From contig JAAOMT010000786.1 of NCBI GenBank assembly GCA_016748015.1, forward strand, positions 255,903 through 319,902: a stretch of DNA of 64,000 nucleotides. The letters run 5' to 3'. Positions 12,134 to 27,000 of the stretch are shown here, one piece after another (position 1 is the stretch's first letter; the number at the start of each line of letters is the position of its first letter). Position numbers and translations under genes: made by a program. Under the pieces are notes generated by a model. It saw nothing but the letters and a program-made list of their open reading frames with translations. It did no database searches and was not told the origin of the DNA. This DNA is from Geosiphon pyriformis uo1 (lineage: Eukaryota; Fungi; Glomeromycota).

Positions 12134-15100
12134 ATGAACAGTTTGGTTTGAAAAATTGCAATGTGTAACATTAAAGGAATGAACAATCCTGTGAAACAGA
12201 ATAATATTATTCGTTGGCATAAAGAAATGAACAATGTGATTTCGATTGTTACTAAAACTAAGTTGAAAGGTAAGATCTGTCCTTGGATCATAAGCAAGTT
12301 TGATGGTGTTCGGGTTTTTATTTCTGGTTTGGATTCTGGTTATCTGGGTTCCAGGGTTGCAATCATTATGAACAATTTTTTGGCTTGACATGTATGCAAG
12401 GTTTTGGATATTCCTGGCCAGCTTCTTTCTCTCAGACTCCTTTTCAAAAATAATTTTTCTGTGTCAGTTTTAAGGCTGTATGCTGGAGCTTCTCTGGCAG
12501 TTCATTTCTCTCAGGCAGATAATGTTAATTCTTTAATTGCAAGGGCAGTGAATAAGTTTTTTTTTGTCATCCTGGGTGACAATTTCAATAAAGATGGTTC
12601 TCAAAAAAGTACAAGTTTCAAAAAATGTTTTGATTTAGGTTTGGTTAACTTCTTGGGTGAGAGCTCATATGGAAAAAAAGCTATGTGAAACAATTCTTGG
12701 AGAGTGCCAAAACTATTGACTATGTGTTTGTGTCATCGAATCTAGTTAATGTGATTTCAGATCATGGTGTGGTTGGCATTGAGGAGTTTTTCGATACTAA
12801 TTATAAGGCTGTTTTTGTTTCTGTGAGTCTTGGTAGTTTGCTGGATGTGCAATTAAATGCATTGCATAAACAGGCAAATAAGGATTATTGGAAGTACAAT
12901 TTTAAAGGTGCTGATAATGCTTTATGGCCAAAGTTTAAGGATAAAACGGCGGCTAATACTGCCATGATCTATGATAATTTCTTGAATGCCAAAATGTGTT
13001 CGGATCTGGATGCTATGTAAGATGCTGTTCATAAGACATTGTGTTTTTCAGCAAATGTGGTTTTCAAAAAAAAATGGTTCAAGGAATATGATGGTGTTTT
13101 TACCAAAACTTTGTCCAGGTTTCATAGATTGGAGCTGCTGGTGTCTAAATTGGTTAAAGCTTCCCAGTTGATCAATTGTGATGTATTCACTTCATTGTTG
13201 GAAACTTGGATTCTGCTTAATTCTGTCAATGTTTCATTGGTAAAATCTCTTTTTCTTTCAGACTCCCCTTTGAATGATATACGATCTGTTTTTTCAAAGA
13301 TCAGAAAATCTTATCATGCTTCTAAGTTGTTAGAGTCTAAATGTGCTGAGAATTCTTATATTAGATCTACTATCAATAGAAGAATGGAGAGCTTTGAGTC
13401 AAACAAAGGTCATACTATCAGGAGTGTCTTGAAGCAGCCCTTTCGCAAAGTCATTTTAGATCATTTGTTAATGGGTAAAAAGCTGATCTTAGAGCCTGAT
13501 CATGTTAAAGATAAAGTGGATGAAATAATAGAGAATTGAACGTGGAACTGAGGTGTGGTTTGTGATGTGCCTGAGGATTGGTCTCGTCAGTATCAGCCTC
13601 TGGAACATGTTTTTGATGGTGCCTTTTTCAATGTTATGGACTGTGTTAGTTTTGTTGAATTGTTTGGTGTGGTCTCCAATTTGCCTGATGGGAAAGCTGC
13701 TGGTCTTTCAGGCATCTCCAACGAACTCTGGAAGCATTGTGACAGTTCAGCTCTCAATATGCTCTTAGTGCTCATCAATTCTTGTCTTTCTGATGAATCA
13801 ATTCCTGGTGTTTGGAGGGAGGCTTGGGTTTTGATGATTTCTAAGCCTTATGAATGAGAAGACATGCTCACTAATACTTGTCCTATAGCTCTGATTGAGA
13901 CAGTTTGCAAGATTCTCTCCAAAATTCTTTCTGACAAGATCTCATTGGCATGCAGCAAGTACGATGTTCTTCATGGTGACAATTTTTCAGTTTTAAAAGG
14001 TACTATGACTCAGTTCCCCATTTTTGCAGTTGGTTCAGTGATTGAGAACACTATAGAAAAGAACTAGAAGCTCTGGCTAGTTTTGCAGAACATGTAAAAG
14101 GCTTTACGATTCTGTTGGTTGGAAACATCTCAGGAATAGTCTGGTTAGGATCAAAATGTGTAGCAAGTTTATCCAATTTTTTGGGGGTATTTATGGTAGT
14201 CATACCAACTAGATTATAACCAATTTTGGGTTAACAAGTGATTATCATATGCATGATGGCTTGGACCAAGGGGAGGTTTTCTCACCTCTTCTTTGGTGGA
14301 TATTTTATGATCCTCTTCTGTGTGAAATTAAGAGACAGGAGAGTGTATGTAGGTATAGGTTGAATTCTCATTTCGTTTCTAGAACTGGTTGTGTGGAATC
14401 TCAAGCTGGATTAATTTCATTTCTTGCTGCTGGTGCTTTTGTGGATAATACTATCTGGGTTGGTAATAGTCAGACAGTGACACAACACATTTTAGATGTT
14501 GCTAGCAAATTTTTCAGGCTTAATAACATTTCAATTAACATTGATAAGACCATGGCCATTCTTATCAACTGCTGGGTTGCAAATTCCTTTCTTTTGATAA
14601 GTGGGATGCCTATATCTGTGGCCAAAAAGGGGGAATCTTATTGGTATTTGGGTATTTTTTTGTCTACTAAGGGCTTTTCTAAGCCCAGTTTTGCTAAAGC
14701 TCATTCGGATGTCAAGTTTTTTGCTAATCTTGTGTTAAAAAAGGCCATTTCTGATAAACAATTTTCGTATTTGGTGTCTTCAGTCCTCCACCCTATTGTG
14801 AATTACAGAACTCAGTTCAGCTTTGTTCCTCTTAGTATGTGCACCAAATGGGATACTTTAATTTGCAAGAGTTTGAAATCAAAATCTGGTCTGCCTTTGG
14901 ATTTTTCCAATGATGCATTGCATCACCTTTTATTGTATAGCTTAAAGACTTTTGAACAAATTCAGGCTGAACACAAAGTGGCATCTGTTGTTTGTTTTGC
15001 AAATTTGGTTGGTATTTTGGATCGTTTGTTTGCTTATAGATCTTCTGACTTGCAAGTTTGTGTTGGCATCCGATCCATTCCTTGAGTTTCCTTACTCATA

Positions 15101-16821
15101 TTGGTGTTGGTGCTTTCAATAATTTTCTGGTAGACTTGGTTCGTATATTTCATGATTATAATCTTTCTCTGAGTGGCATCAGAGCCAATGTCTTTCATCT
15201 TCAGAAAGAGACCCTTATGGTATCTGTTCTTGGTAAGTCTAGATTTGTCAGATGTTTTTTGTTTCTTTAGCATTATGGTGTTGCTTTTGTGGACCAACTT
15301 TGGAACCGCAGTGGGGCTGCTTTTACTTGGGCAACTTTTAAACGTTGGAAGCAGTTGGACCCACATGGGCCAGTTTCTGTCTGGTTTGATCTTTTAGTTT
15401 CTTTTATCAACATGGTGGCTTCTGTTTCTGTTACGTCTTCTGCTGTTGGTGGAGTTGCCCCTCAAAATGTCCTGAATTTGATTGATTTTGCTATGATTTG
15501 TGATCGTCTGCTTGGTGTCGGTACTGATAGTATTTCGGTTTATACTGATGGTTCTTTGGCTGGTTTGAGTACTGTTGGCATGCGGGCTGGTGCTGCTGTT
15601 TTTTTTGATAGTGTTGATTTGGGTTTGGGTGTTAAGGTCTCTGATTTGGTGTTTTTTACTATGGCAGAGTTACAGACTATTGCTCTGGCTCTTGAGTGTG
15701 TTCCTCCCTTTAGTTCTGTTCATTTGTTCTTTAACAGTCAGGCAGCTTTGGATGCATACAAATCTGAACTGGGTCTGGTGGTTCCGGACTTTCAAAATTG
15801 ATGCTGGTTAGAACACCATCACATTTACGACTTGATTCATAGTAAAAATCTGAACATCTGTTGGTTTAAAGTCAAAGGACATTCTGGTGTTGTGGGTAAT
15901 AAGCATATGGATGCTCTTGCTACGGCTGCTGTTATGTCTGAACATTCTCTTCTTTTGCATGTGAATGCATGCTATATTTTGGCGGGTGGTATGGCTGTTT
16001 TTGGAAATTCTAAACATTTTGTTCATGATATTTTCCATTGTATTCATTGTGCTTAATGGGAAATTGGTTCAGGTTTTAGGGTTTTGGTCACTAGTTTGCA
16101 TGGCAATGTGAACTGGCATAGGTTTTCTTTTATGTGGTATCTTGATATGCATATGGCCACTGGTTCCACTAGTAAATGTTCTGCTGGTGCTTGTATTTAT
16201 TTCATGAAGGCTTTACATCATTGACTGCCTATTGCTGTTTACAAGCATCTTTATAGTAGATCTTATCCCAGTGTTTTATGCTTGTATTATGGTGAAGTCG
16301 AAGTTTCTGATCATGTTTTTTCTTGTGGTTCTGATACTGCTATCCGCGTCCAGCTATTGAACACACATGTGGCTATCTAGGAAGTATTCTCCAGTTTACC
16401 CTGGTCATCATCACGACTTATGCAGCTTATGCTCTCTTGTGTTTTTGACACTTTGTTGTGTTCAGCATTTTGTAAGGGCTTTATGTTCAAACTTTGTTTT
16501 CAGGAAGCAGTTTCGGTTTTCAGAGACTCAAAAATTGCTTGTCAAAGAGTGGTGGAATTTGTGCGAAATTTTTGTCTTGCTTTTAGGGATAAGGTTTGGC
16601 TGGTTTGTGTGAGCCACTGTGCTTTAATAGAAAAGTGTGCCCTGATTCCTAGAGATGGCTCTGTTCCTGGCCTAGTGCATAATCTTTCTTTATTATTCTC
16701 TGTGGGGGTGATAAAGATGTTGGGTATTGCAGAGGCTTTTGGCATTAGCTCTGGCTTTCATGCATCTTGTTTATTTTTTGCGGGTATTAAGGATTCTGTG
16801 TTGGTTATTATAGATGCTTAG
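12134..16821 (+). pseudogene. LINE1 ORF2 (endonuclease-RT-RNase H)
   Basis: Collinear fragments homologous to 39749-52370, with many TGG>TAG/TGA stops and a few frameshifts. Confidence 0.9.
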
Positions 16822-16954
16822 TGTAGTTCTGATCGGCCTGAGTGGCTGATCACGTGTAGAAAATGCATGATTCATGCCTAGTTTAGCTCTCTTATGATGT
16901 ATTGTACTAGATAATATTTGGACCTTACTCATTAAACAATAATAATAAAAAAAA

Positions 16955-18084
16955 TTTTTTTTATAATATTTATTATCTGTTTTTTTTTAATTAACAATAA
17001 TTTTTAAAATTTAATAATAATAAATCTAATTTAATAACATATATATTTAAAGCTATTTGGTTATTTAAATATATAATTATTTTATTAAATAAAAAAATAC
17101 AATTAAAAACAAATGCAATAATCTATAATTTAGTTATTATTAAAAAAACATATTATATATTCTAATATTAATATTTAAATTTAAGTTTTTAAAATAAACA
17201 AAAGTATTATTAATTATATAAAACAAACCAAATTTTTTTACAAATTTATTAACAAATATAATAAAATTTTTTATAAAAGTTTTATAAAAAAAACATTTAA
17301 TTCTTATTAAAAACAAAAAAATATAAACAGTAAAAAATCAAAATGAAATTATTAAAATCAAAAACAAAAATATGTAGTATTTAAAATTTAGATTAAAAAA
17401 ATAAGAATAAAAAAATAATTTAAAAAGTTTATAAAATAAAATAATTATAAATAATTTATTAATTTAAAAACTATAATAAAAACAATATTTTTAAATAATA
17501 TAACAATTTTTATTATTTAATTAATATTATAATAAAGACAAAATTAAATAATAAAATTAATAATTTGAATAAAAATAAAACATAATATAAAAAATTAATA
17601 ATACATATTTATTAAAAAACCTAAAAACTTATATTAATAATAAATAAAATATCATAACTTAAAATATTAATAATAAGTATTTAAAAACATACTTAAAAAA
17701 ATATATATATAATTATTTATTTACTATAAAATTATAGTAAAAAATTAATTTAATATAAAATTAATACTTTTTTAAATTGATAAAAAATTTATATATATAG
17801 CCAAATTATATTAAATTTATATATAAATTAATTAATTCAATGATAAACTTATTAACATATTATTTTTCTAAAAACTAATTTTTTAATAATTAAATTTAAA
17901 TAATTAGATTTAAAATTTTGATTATTTATTAATTATAATTATTATTAAAACAAATTAATTAATTATATTTTTTAAAAATAATTTTTAAACAATAATTCCA
18001 AATTTAAAATATTAATATAAATAAAAACATATAAAATTTTTTATTATTGATTAATTTTTTTGATTAAATATCATAATATAAATC
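16955..18084. other. Hyper-AT tract between two convergent LINE tails
   Basis: Almost entirely A/T, no ORFs, no simple periodicity. Confidence 0.7.
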
Positions 18085-21000
18085 TTTTTTTTATTGATTA
18101 ATAAATACAGTCTAATCACTATCTAGTATACAGAGTTAAAGCAAAATAAATTAAACTAAATATGGATTATGTGCTTACTATATGTGACCAGCCACTTGGA
18201 CCCATCAAGGCAGCACTACACACTTATAAAGACTCCCAAACCAACATTCAAACCAGAAAAAAATAAACAACACTTCCTCAAACCAAAGCTAACAGCAAAA
18301 GACTCAATGACACCAAGCATGCAAACTGCACCTTTGGACAGCTGACAGAACAAACCACTTAAAAGAACAAAAACAATACCAGTATCACAGATTAAACCAC
18401 TTTTTTCCATATCAACACAAAAATTTAGACCTCAACAATTATGCTTTACTGTAATGGTTATCTACCAAATAGTAGATAAAATTGACAACTATCAACATGG
18501 TCTTCTTCCTGTTACCAAAGACAGAAACAGCTTCTTTAATCCAATCTCTAAAAACAAAACCTTTACATACTGCAGTATATACACCACTATTCATGGACCT
18601 CATGAAAGCAAGTAATATTGAAGATGAAACTGAGAGACAATTACCTGTCAATGACTTCTACAAAACCACAAAATTAGATACAATCTCTAAAAAAACCACA
18701 GCATCCACAGAACATGTGAAAACATAGTCAAAAAGCTTAACCTCACCACATATTAGATACAGAATGCTCAGATAGTTTCTGTTATATAGTCTTTTACAAA
18801 CAACAATTGGCAATCTTCCATGAACAGCTTTTATTAGATAAGTACACAAGGCAGCCAACTTCCAACTAGTAAAACCTGTTAATATATGAGAGTCTGGATG
18901 CCATATAGATGTAGTGCACTCCCAGTCAATATGCCTAATAACCAATTTGTCTAGCACATTAACATTAGGTTTAGCCTTCTACAATGCCCAATTTACAGTA
19001 CAATAAACATTGCACACAAAATAATAAGCATTACCAAAGATGATGAGCCCATCTGCCATAAAAAACTTATTAAAAACCTTAGTAAGAAGAACCAGGTTCA
19101 AATGCACTGCAACATGAGCCAGAGCATTAGCATGGTTATTGCCAATTACACCTGAATGCTCTTTCACTTTCACCCACTTAACAAAAATGTCTTTTGACCT
19201 AACCAAATTAGCAATATGATGTCTCTCCATCCAACATTGATTTTGAAAGTTAGGCTAACCCAACAGGCATTTTGATGCACAAGCAGTCAAAGCTGTCTGA
19301 CTATCAGAGTAAAAGACAATTGAGCATGGTGAGAAAACACACTCCAAAGCCAAAACAATTACCTGCAGTTCTGCCAAAGTAGAAGACAGCAGGCCCTAAA
19401 CATTTACACCTATGCCTATGCCAATCTCAGAAAAAAAAGCTGCTGCCTTACAAGCCACATCTTTTATATTCAGACCACTTAATAAACCATCAGTAAATAT
19501 GTTTATCTCCCCAGCCCAAACCTCGTGTAAATGTTTGCAAGCATTTAAAAAGTTGAACAAATAAAAAAAGTTAGAATAGTCTATAACAGCCACACCTTCA
19601 TTAGGCCTTGACAAATGATCAGTTATATGTACAAAGGCTTTAGTGAATCAAGGTGATACTGGATTCTTAGGACTTAATCTCTTCCAATGCCAAAAAGTCT
19701 TCTAATCTATTATATAACCATGCTTATCAAGCAAAATGTTACCAAAGACAACACCAAAATGCTTCAAAAAATGTACCACATCAAAATAAGAGTTGAGTCC
19801 CAGAATCCCAAACATCAAGATGTAACCAGAGCAATAAAATATAGTGGGTATATGGTTGGACAAAGAAATATTAACATCAACAAAGATCTTCATAATACCA
19901 GCCAAAAAATTATCTGATGGACAAACTTTTAACTTGACAGGATAACATAATAGATAAAAAGGTGTTCACCCTAAAACCTGTAAATCCAAAGCATGGTGTT
20001 CAAACAAACAACTTAGTATTCCAGATGCATTAGAAAAACTAATCACTAAGACAATCTTGGCCTTAGCTTGTATCTGTTTAAACAATTTTAAACCATATAA
20101 AGATGGATAATACAAGGTCTCATTGAAAAAATTTTTCAGCAAAAGAGCCTTAAACTAAGCCCTCTTCTGATCAAAATGTCACACTTTTGACATATACTCT
20201 TAGCAATAAAACTGAACTGCATATGATAACTGACAATAGACTAAAGAACTGCCAAAACCAAATATAAAAATTGCTTATCAGACACTGCCTTTTTGAGAAC
20301 CATATTCGAAAAAAACTTGATATTCACATGAGCCTTGACAAGACTAGGTTTAAACAAACCCTCTATAAACAAAAATATGCCCAAGTACCTGTGAGATTCA
20401 TCCTTCCTTGCTACAGATATGGGCCTACCACTAATGCTCAAAGAGATGTCTGCTACTTTCTAGTTGATAGGAATGACCACAGTCTTGTCATTGTTGATAG
20501 AAATATCATTAATCTTAAAGAACTCACTTGTAATATCTAAAATGTACTGTATTGAAGCTTGACCATTCCCTATCCAAATTGTATCATCCACAAAGACACC
20601 AGCAGCAAAGAAAGAAGATTTACCATTACTAGTTTCTATCTTGCCAGTTTTCATCACAAAATTTGAATTAATTTTATAACCACATAAATGTTCTTGCCTT
20701 TTAACCTTACACAACAAACAGTTATAAAAATTCTCCAAAGAAGTAGAAAGAATACCTCTCCTTAATCCAAACCATCATAGACCACATAGCCATCTGAGAA
20801 ACCAAAATCAATCATTATTCTGTTGTATCTGTTCTTATGAATATTACCAAAAAATTTAATGAATTTGCTACACATTTTGATGTGCTCTAAGCTTAATCTT
20901 AAATGATGCCAATTGACAAATCATATGCTTTGCACATATCTTGTAAGACCAGCCAAATCTCATGACTCTTTTTCAAAGCATTCTCAATAACTGAGCCCAC

Positions 21001-24000
21001 AGCAAAAACAGAAGACTGAGTTGAAATGCCTCTCAAGATTGAAAAGTTGTCACCATGCAGAATGCCAAACTCACTATATATAGATGAGATATGATTTGAC
21101 AAAATCTTGAACAAAATCTTTTTAGCAGTCTCTATAAGTGCAATTGGTCTGGTGTTAGTTAGAACCCTATTCTAGTTATAAGACTTGGGAATCATAGAGA
21201 CTCAAGCCCTTTTCCAAGACATGAGAACATTACTTGTTCTTAAACAAAAATTCAACAGATTCAGAAGACATGCCATCATTTCATCACCATAGTGCTTCCA
21301 CAATTTGTTAGATATACCAGAAAGACCAGCAGTTTTTCTATTGGGTAAACTACTAACCACCAAAGACAACTCTCCCAAATTAATGTTGCACATTACTCCT
21401 AAAAAAGCAGCATTATTAACATACTCCAAAAGAATATATTGCTGGGCCCACAGATCAAGTAAGACTGGAGAGACCCTCCACTTATGAGTTCAACCCATTA
21501 TGATTTTATTCACTCTGAATTTCACCTCACCGGGCTCTAGAATCAGCTCATCCCCAATTACCAAATAATCTAAAACAACTTTGCAAAATGACTGTTCCAA
21601 AACACTTTTGATCATACTGTCTTTATTTAAAATAAAATTTTTCATATGCTTATCGATTACATTCCTGATGCATCTATTTTTTGCTAGTTTAGCTTCATAG
21701 TATTTGGACTTACAATAATTCTTCTTAGCCTTAGACAAATGTTTAAGCAGCACAGTTGATTTAGAATTGCCATAATACAAGACAAGAAACTTAGAGACCA
21801 CAACATTATCAAGAGTTGACCAAACCCAAACAAGATAATCAAATTCTGACATTTGTTCTAAGGATAAGCATTTTATAATCTTAGCCATCAAAGATTTTAA
21901 TTTAAAAAACTTAGAAGACTGCCTGTTTTTAGGGCAGTCAAACTCACTGAACCAGTGTTTAGAAAATGTTTCATCAGCTAAATCACACAATATACATCTC
22001 AAAATCTTTCACATTCCATCCAAATCTCCCTTTTTTTTGGCAACCAAAAAAAAACTCAGAGATGTAGCCAAACTAGCTAAAGAAAGTTCCTTGAAATGCA
22101 TCCACTTGGCCACATCTGCATTTTTGATCCTAAACTTCCACCAGTTTTTATTAGCCTATTTGTGAATATTGTTTAGACGTGCAATGACTAAATCTCTCAA
22201 ACCAATTGAAATCTCAACCATTTCATGATCAGTATCAAAAAATTCAGACACAAAGACAACTTCACATTCAACAATAGCTGAAGCCAAAATATCACTTATA
22301 AAAACATAATTAATAATTCTTGAAATCTCACATGAATTGCTCCAAGTAACAGATTTACTTAAAAAAAATCTATTTAACAAGTTGGCTAGACCCAACTCCA
22401 AACACCTCTTGAAACTTACACACCTTTTAACCCCATTTTTATTGAAATTACCACCAAAAACCACAAAAGAGCTTGTATTCACAGCCCTAAAAATAAGAGA
22501 ATTGATGCTAAAGGCCTGAGAAAAATAAGTCTTGGCTAAAGCACTGGCATACAAAACTAGAAAAGTCACTGAAAGTTTATTTTTAAACAGCAAATAAACA
22601 GAAATAACCCAACCAGAAATTTCCTCAATCTTTAAAACATGTCTAGTCAGCAAACTATTCATTACAATAGCCACTATTACAAGAGTGTTTTCTTGGTATA
22701 TTTTAATTGTTGATCTCCCATTTTAATTGCAATCAATCTCTTGTGAGTTTCTCGATTTTTATGTGTTGGATATTAATAATAATGTACTGAAAGTTTTCTC
22801 TTGATGTTGTGATGTAAGTCTTCTCTTTAATTCTAGTTGTCTTTGTATGTTGTGTACTTTTTCTCAAAGGCTAATCTGAAATCTACCCACTGTCTGGGGT
22901 CTTCTCTGAGACTATCCTTGCAATTGCCTGATGTGTTTCTCTAATCTAAAAACACAAAATGTTAATGGTCTTTTTGTAATTTCCCTAAGTATATAATAAA
23001 GCTTTTTCAATTTAATTAGTAACCATGTAAATAATCTTGATCAGAGATTATTCTTCCAAAGAGTTCAAAGATAGAATGATAGTTTCATTCACTAGAAAGG
23101 ATATATGAATTCTATTGTTAATCTTGTAATTATGATGTTCATTCAATTTATTATTTTTTTATTAATTTTTTTTGAATAAGATTTTATTTAAATATTTGTT
23201 GCTTCTAGTTGAAGCTGTTTTTTCTTCATTATTAAAAACTATTGTATATATATATAATTATTGTTTTACAAAATAATGTCTTGTAATACTCTATTTTCAT
23301 TATTTCTAAATAGTGCTTGCTGCTATTGTGAAATAGTGCTTGCTGCTTTTACATAATAGTGCTTGCTGCTATTGTAAAATAGTGTTTGCTGTTATTTGTA
23401 AATCATTTCTTTTTATAAATTGTTGCTGTGCTATTTCATGATTGGCTAATTTATATTATTTATAATTTCTATTAAATTCTTGAACTGTAATATTATCTTC
23501 TTTTTTTAAGATTGAGCTCCATCAAAATCAAAGTTAATTTCTTTATTGAATTTTAAGTTGCTATAGTAGTCCAATACTATATTATTAACTTATTGTAATT
23601 CTTGAAATTGTGAATTGATAAGTCATCTAATACTGTTGGTTGTTATTATGTTTATAATTGGATCCAGTAATACTTTGTGACAATTTTCAAATGCTTTGAA
23701 AATTCTGTAAACTGCTTTTTGAATAGAATATAATGTTGGTTTTTCCAATAAAACTTTCTAATTGTTGGATTGTTGCTTTGTTAAATACTTATTAATATTT
23801 CTGAGATTTAAGTTTTCCGATATATTAAGGTAAGTTGGTTGGAAATTTGGGTAGTTTGGGTAGTTTGTGTTTGTTTGTTAATTAGGTCTTATGTAGTTTG
23901 GGTTTCTCTAAACCAATGCATTTTGATTCTACATGGGCTGATTTTGGGACTCGAGATGCCAATTTTGGTTGGCTACCATGGGCTGTTGCTGGTAAGTTCC

Positions 24001-27000
24001 TTGATTTTGGTACATGGTGGGGTATTGATGTGGTATTGGCGTGTATTGATTTCTGAGCATTTGGAGTGGTGCATAATAATTATTCTTGCATGCCTCATGC
24101 ATCATTCACATTCAACATTGACTAATCAAATGTCCTATATGTTTGCAAAAATGGCAGGCGCGCATTTCTGTTCTGAAGTCCTGGCATGACAAATGATTAT
24201 TTTGGCTGCCACTGAATTCCTGGTTGTGTCTTTGTGATGTTTGGTATGTGTTATTTCTTTCTGGGTCCAAGATGAGGTAACTTTCTATTTTCTAAGAGAG
24301 TTTCTCCCCTAATTGTGTTACTCTCTTTTCTAACATTTCTGTCTTGTTTTTTTCTATTACCATGTTAATTATTTGACTATGGTTAGCTTTTTTCTTAGCT
24401 GATTCAAGGGCTTTGGCAAGTGTAATGGCTTCTGGTAAGGAATTTGGGTGGGCAGGGTGTACTTTTTCTAAAATGCTGCTTTTTAATCCTCTAATAAATT
24501 TATTTAAAACCTGAGGATTGGTATAGTATCTTTGCTTAATTGCTTCAATCTGACAGCAAATTTGATTAAATTAAGCAAAGTATTGGGTGACAGTTTCACC
24601 TGTACCTTGCTTGATAGTATTGAATTTGTTCTGCAGTTGGATTACAGCATTTGGGTTATTAAAATACTCCAAAAGTGCATCTTTGAATTTGGCAAAGCTC
24701 ATGGGTTTTGTTTCCAAGCTTTGATACCATGAGTCAGCAGTGTCTTTCAAGAAGAAAGATAATGTTTGGATTGCTCTTTGATTATTCCAGTTATTTGCTT
24801 AGATGGCTTTTTGTGCTTCTTTAAGCCATGTGTGCATATCTGTTTCTTCTTTCTCTCCTAAGAAATCCATTAATTGCATGATGTATGGTGTGGCTATTTC
24901 ATCATTATTTTCTGCTAGTGAGTTTATTGGTCTAAGAGAAAGTAAGATGATATTTCTTTGAGTGTTCCTAAAGGTGGCTTCTCTTATATCCAGTTCTTCC
25001 TCTTGATCACAAGTTTTTTGGTTTTTGGACTGGCTGCTTGTTTCAGTGACTGGTCTTGTGCTTGTTTTTTTACTGGTTTCTTCAGATTCTGATTCAGACT
25101 TCTCTTCACAGTTTTCAAACTCTGCTCTGAATTTTGGTTGAAAAAGAAGTTTTTGGAATAGCAATGAATATTCTTCTGTAATTGGTATATCTCTTCAATT
25201 GCATTGTTTGAGCTTTTCAGTGTAATTAGGAGTTCTCAGCATTTGTGAAGTTAATGTGGATGATAATACAGCTCCTAATGGAAGTTGGATTTTATTATCT
25301 GGAGAAAAATGGTAAGATCTTTCTTTTGGCGAATGAAGGCATTGTTTTTTTACTGATTGCACAACCTTTTTTTTGGGTGTTTAAGTGGGTGTTTCTAATT
25401 TTTGCTGATTTTTTTTGTGATTAATTTCTGGATTGTGGACATGTTTTCTGGTGTTCTTTGTGGATATTGGGTAATTTTTGTTGGTGTATTGCTCAATTTC
25501 ATAATGAATTTGAACAATAGTCATGGCTAATGCTGTTGTTTTTTTTGTAGTAAATTGAGATAATTTTCTATATAATTGATGTTTTGTGTTGTTTGGTTCT
25601 TCTTCTCTTCCTATGTGATAATTTATTCTGGCATTAATGTAATAGGTGAGGGCATTTTCAGCTGGAAAACACTCTTCTGGTAATCCAAAATCACTTTGAT
25701 ATTGTAAATAAAAGGCATGGCAGAATTCAACAACAGTAAGATTAGGAGCTTTTGTTGCCACTTTTGTTTCTTCTTTTTTAACAATGAATTATTGCTAATT
25801 ATTATTTTTTTTTTGATTTTCTTTCCTCATAGGGTTCACCAAATATTACAGGAGTGTTTTCTTGGTATATTTTAATTGTTGATCTCCCATTTTAATTGCA
25901 ATCAGTCTCTTATGAGTTCCTTAATTTTTATGTGTTGGATATTAATGATAATATACTAAAGATTTTCTTTTAATGTTGTGATTTAAGTCTTTTCTTTAAT
26001 TTTAGTTGTCTTTGTATATTGTGTACTTTTTTTTAGAGGCTAATTTGAAATCTACCCACTGTCTGGAGTCTTCTCTGAGGCTATCCTTGTAATTGCCTAA
26101 TGTGTTTCTCTAATTTAAAAACACAGAATGTTAATGGCCTTTTTGCAATTTCCCTAAGTATATAATAAAGCTTTTTCAATTTAATTAGTAACCACATAAA
26201 TAATCTTGATTAGAGATTATTCTTCCAAAGGGTTCAAAAATGAAATGATAGTTTCATTTATTAGAGAGGATATGTGAATTCTATTGTTAATCTCATAATT
26301 GTGATGTTCATTCAATTTATTATTTTTTTATTAATTCTTTTTGAATAAGATTTTATTTAGATATTTGTTGCTTCTAGTTGAAGCTGTTTTTTCTTCATTA
26401 TTAAAAACTATTGTATATATATATAATTATTGTTTTATAAAATAACGTCTTGTAATACTCTATTTCCGTTATTTCTAAATAGTGCTTGCTGCTATTGTGA
26501 AATAGTGCTTGCTGCTATTGCATAATAGTGCTTGCTGCTATTGTAAAATAGTGCTTGCTGTTATTTGTAAATTATTTTTTTTATAAATTGTTGCTGTGCT
26601 ATTTCATGATTGGCTAATTTATATCATTTATAATTCCTATTAAATTCTTGAACTGTAATATCACCTCTGCACCTAAAAAGCCCACCTTTAAGCCAAAAGT
26701 AAAAATCCTAATACCATTAAACTTGTCCTTGATCTAAAGTCTAACATCTACTTTCATCTTAATTTTAGTAAGAATAGAAACCATGTTATTAGATTTCAAA
26801 TGCCAACAAATAATATTCTCTTGTTTTGCTGAATTGTTCATTTCTCTCACATTACAAGTAGCAATTTTCTATATCAAATCACTCATTGGGAAGCAGAAAA
26901 CACCTGAAAACTCAAGCCAGCATACAACTAATTTAACTTCACCAAAACTGAACCAATTAAGGCTTCAAGAGTCACCAACTTGAACTCCAAACAGCCCACC

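Larger units (their letters stand above)
9330..16954 (+). mobile_element. LINE copy 1 (ORF1 RRM/CCHC; ORF2 APE-RT-RNase H-Zn), full length, degenerate
   Basis: T-rich 5' UTR. ORF1 ATG at 9448 with CDRCGKLGHSVLEC. ORF2 ATG at 12134 with APE (GDNFN, IDYVF), RT (QGEVFSPLLW, FVDN) and RNase H (YTDGS, AELQ, VKGHSGVVGN). 3' UTR and A-tail end near 16954. Confidence 0.95.
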
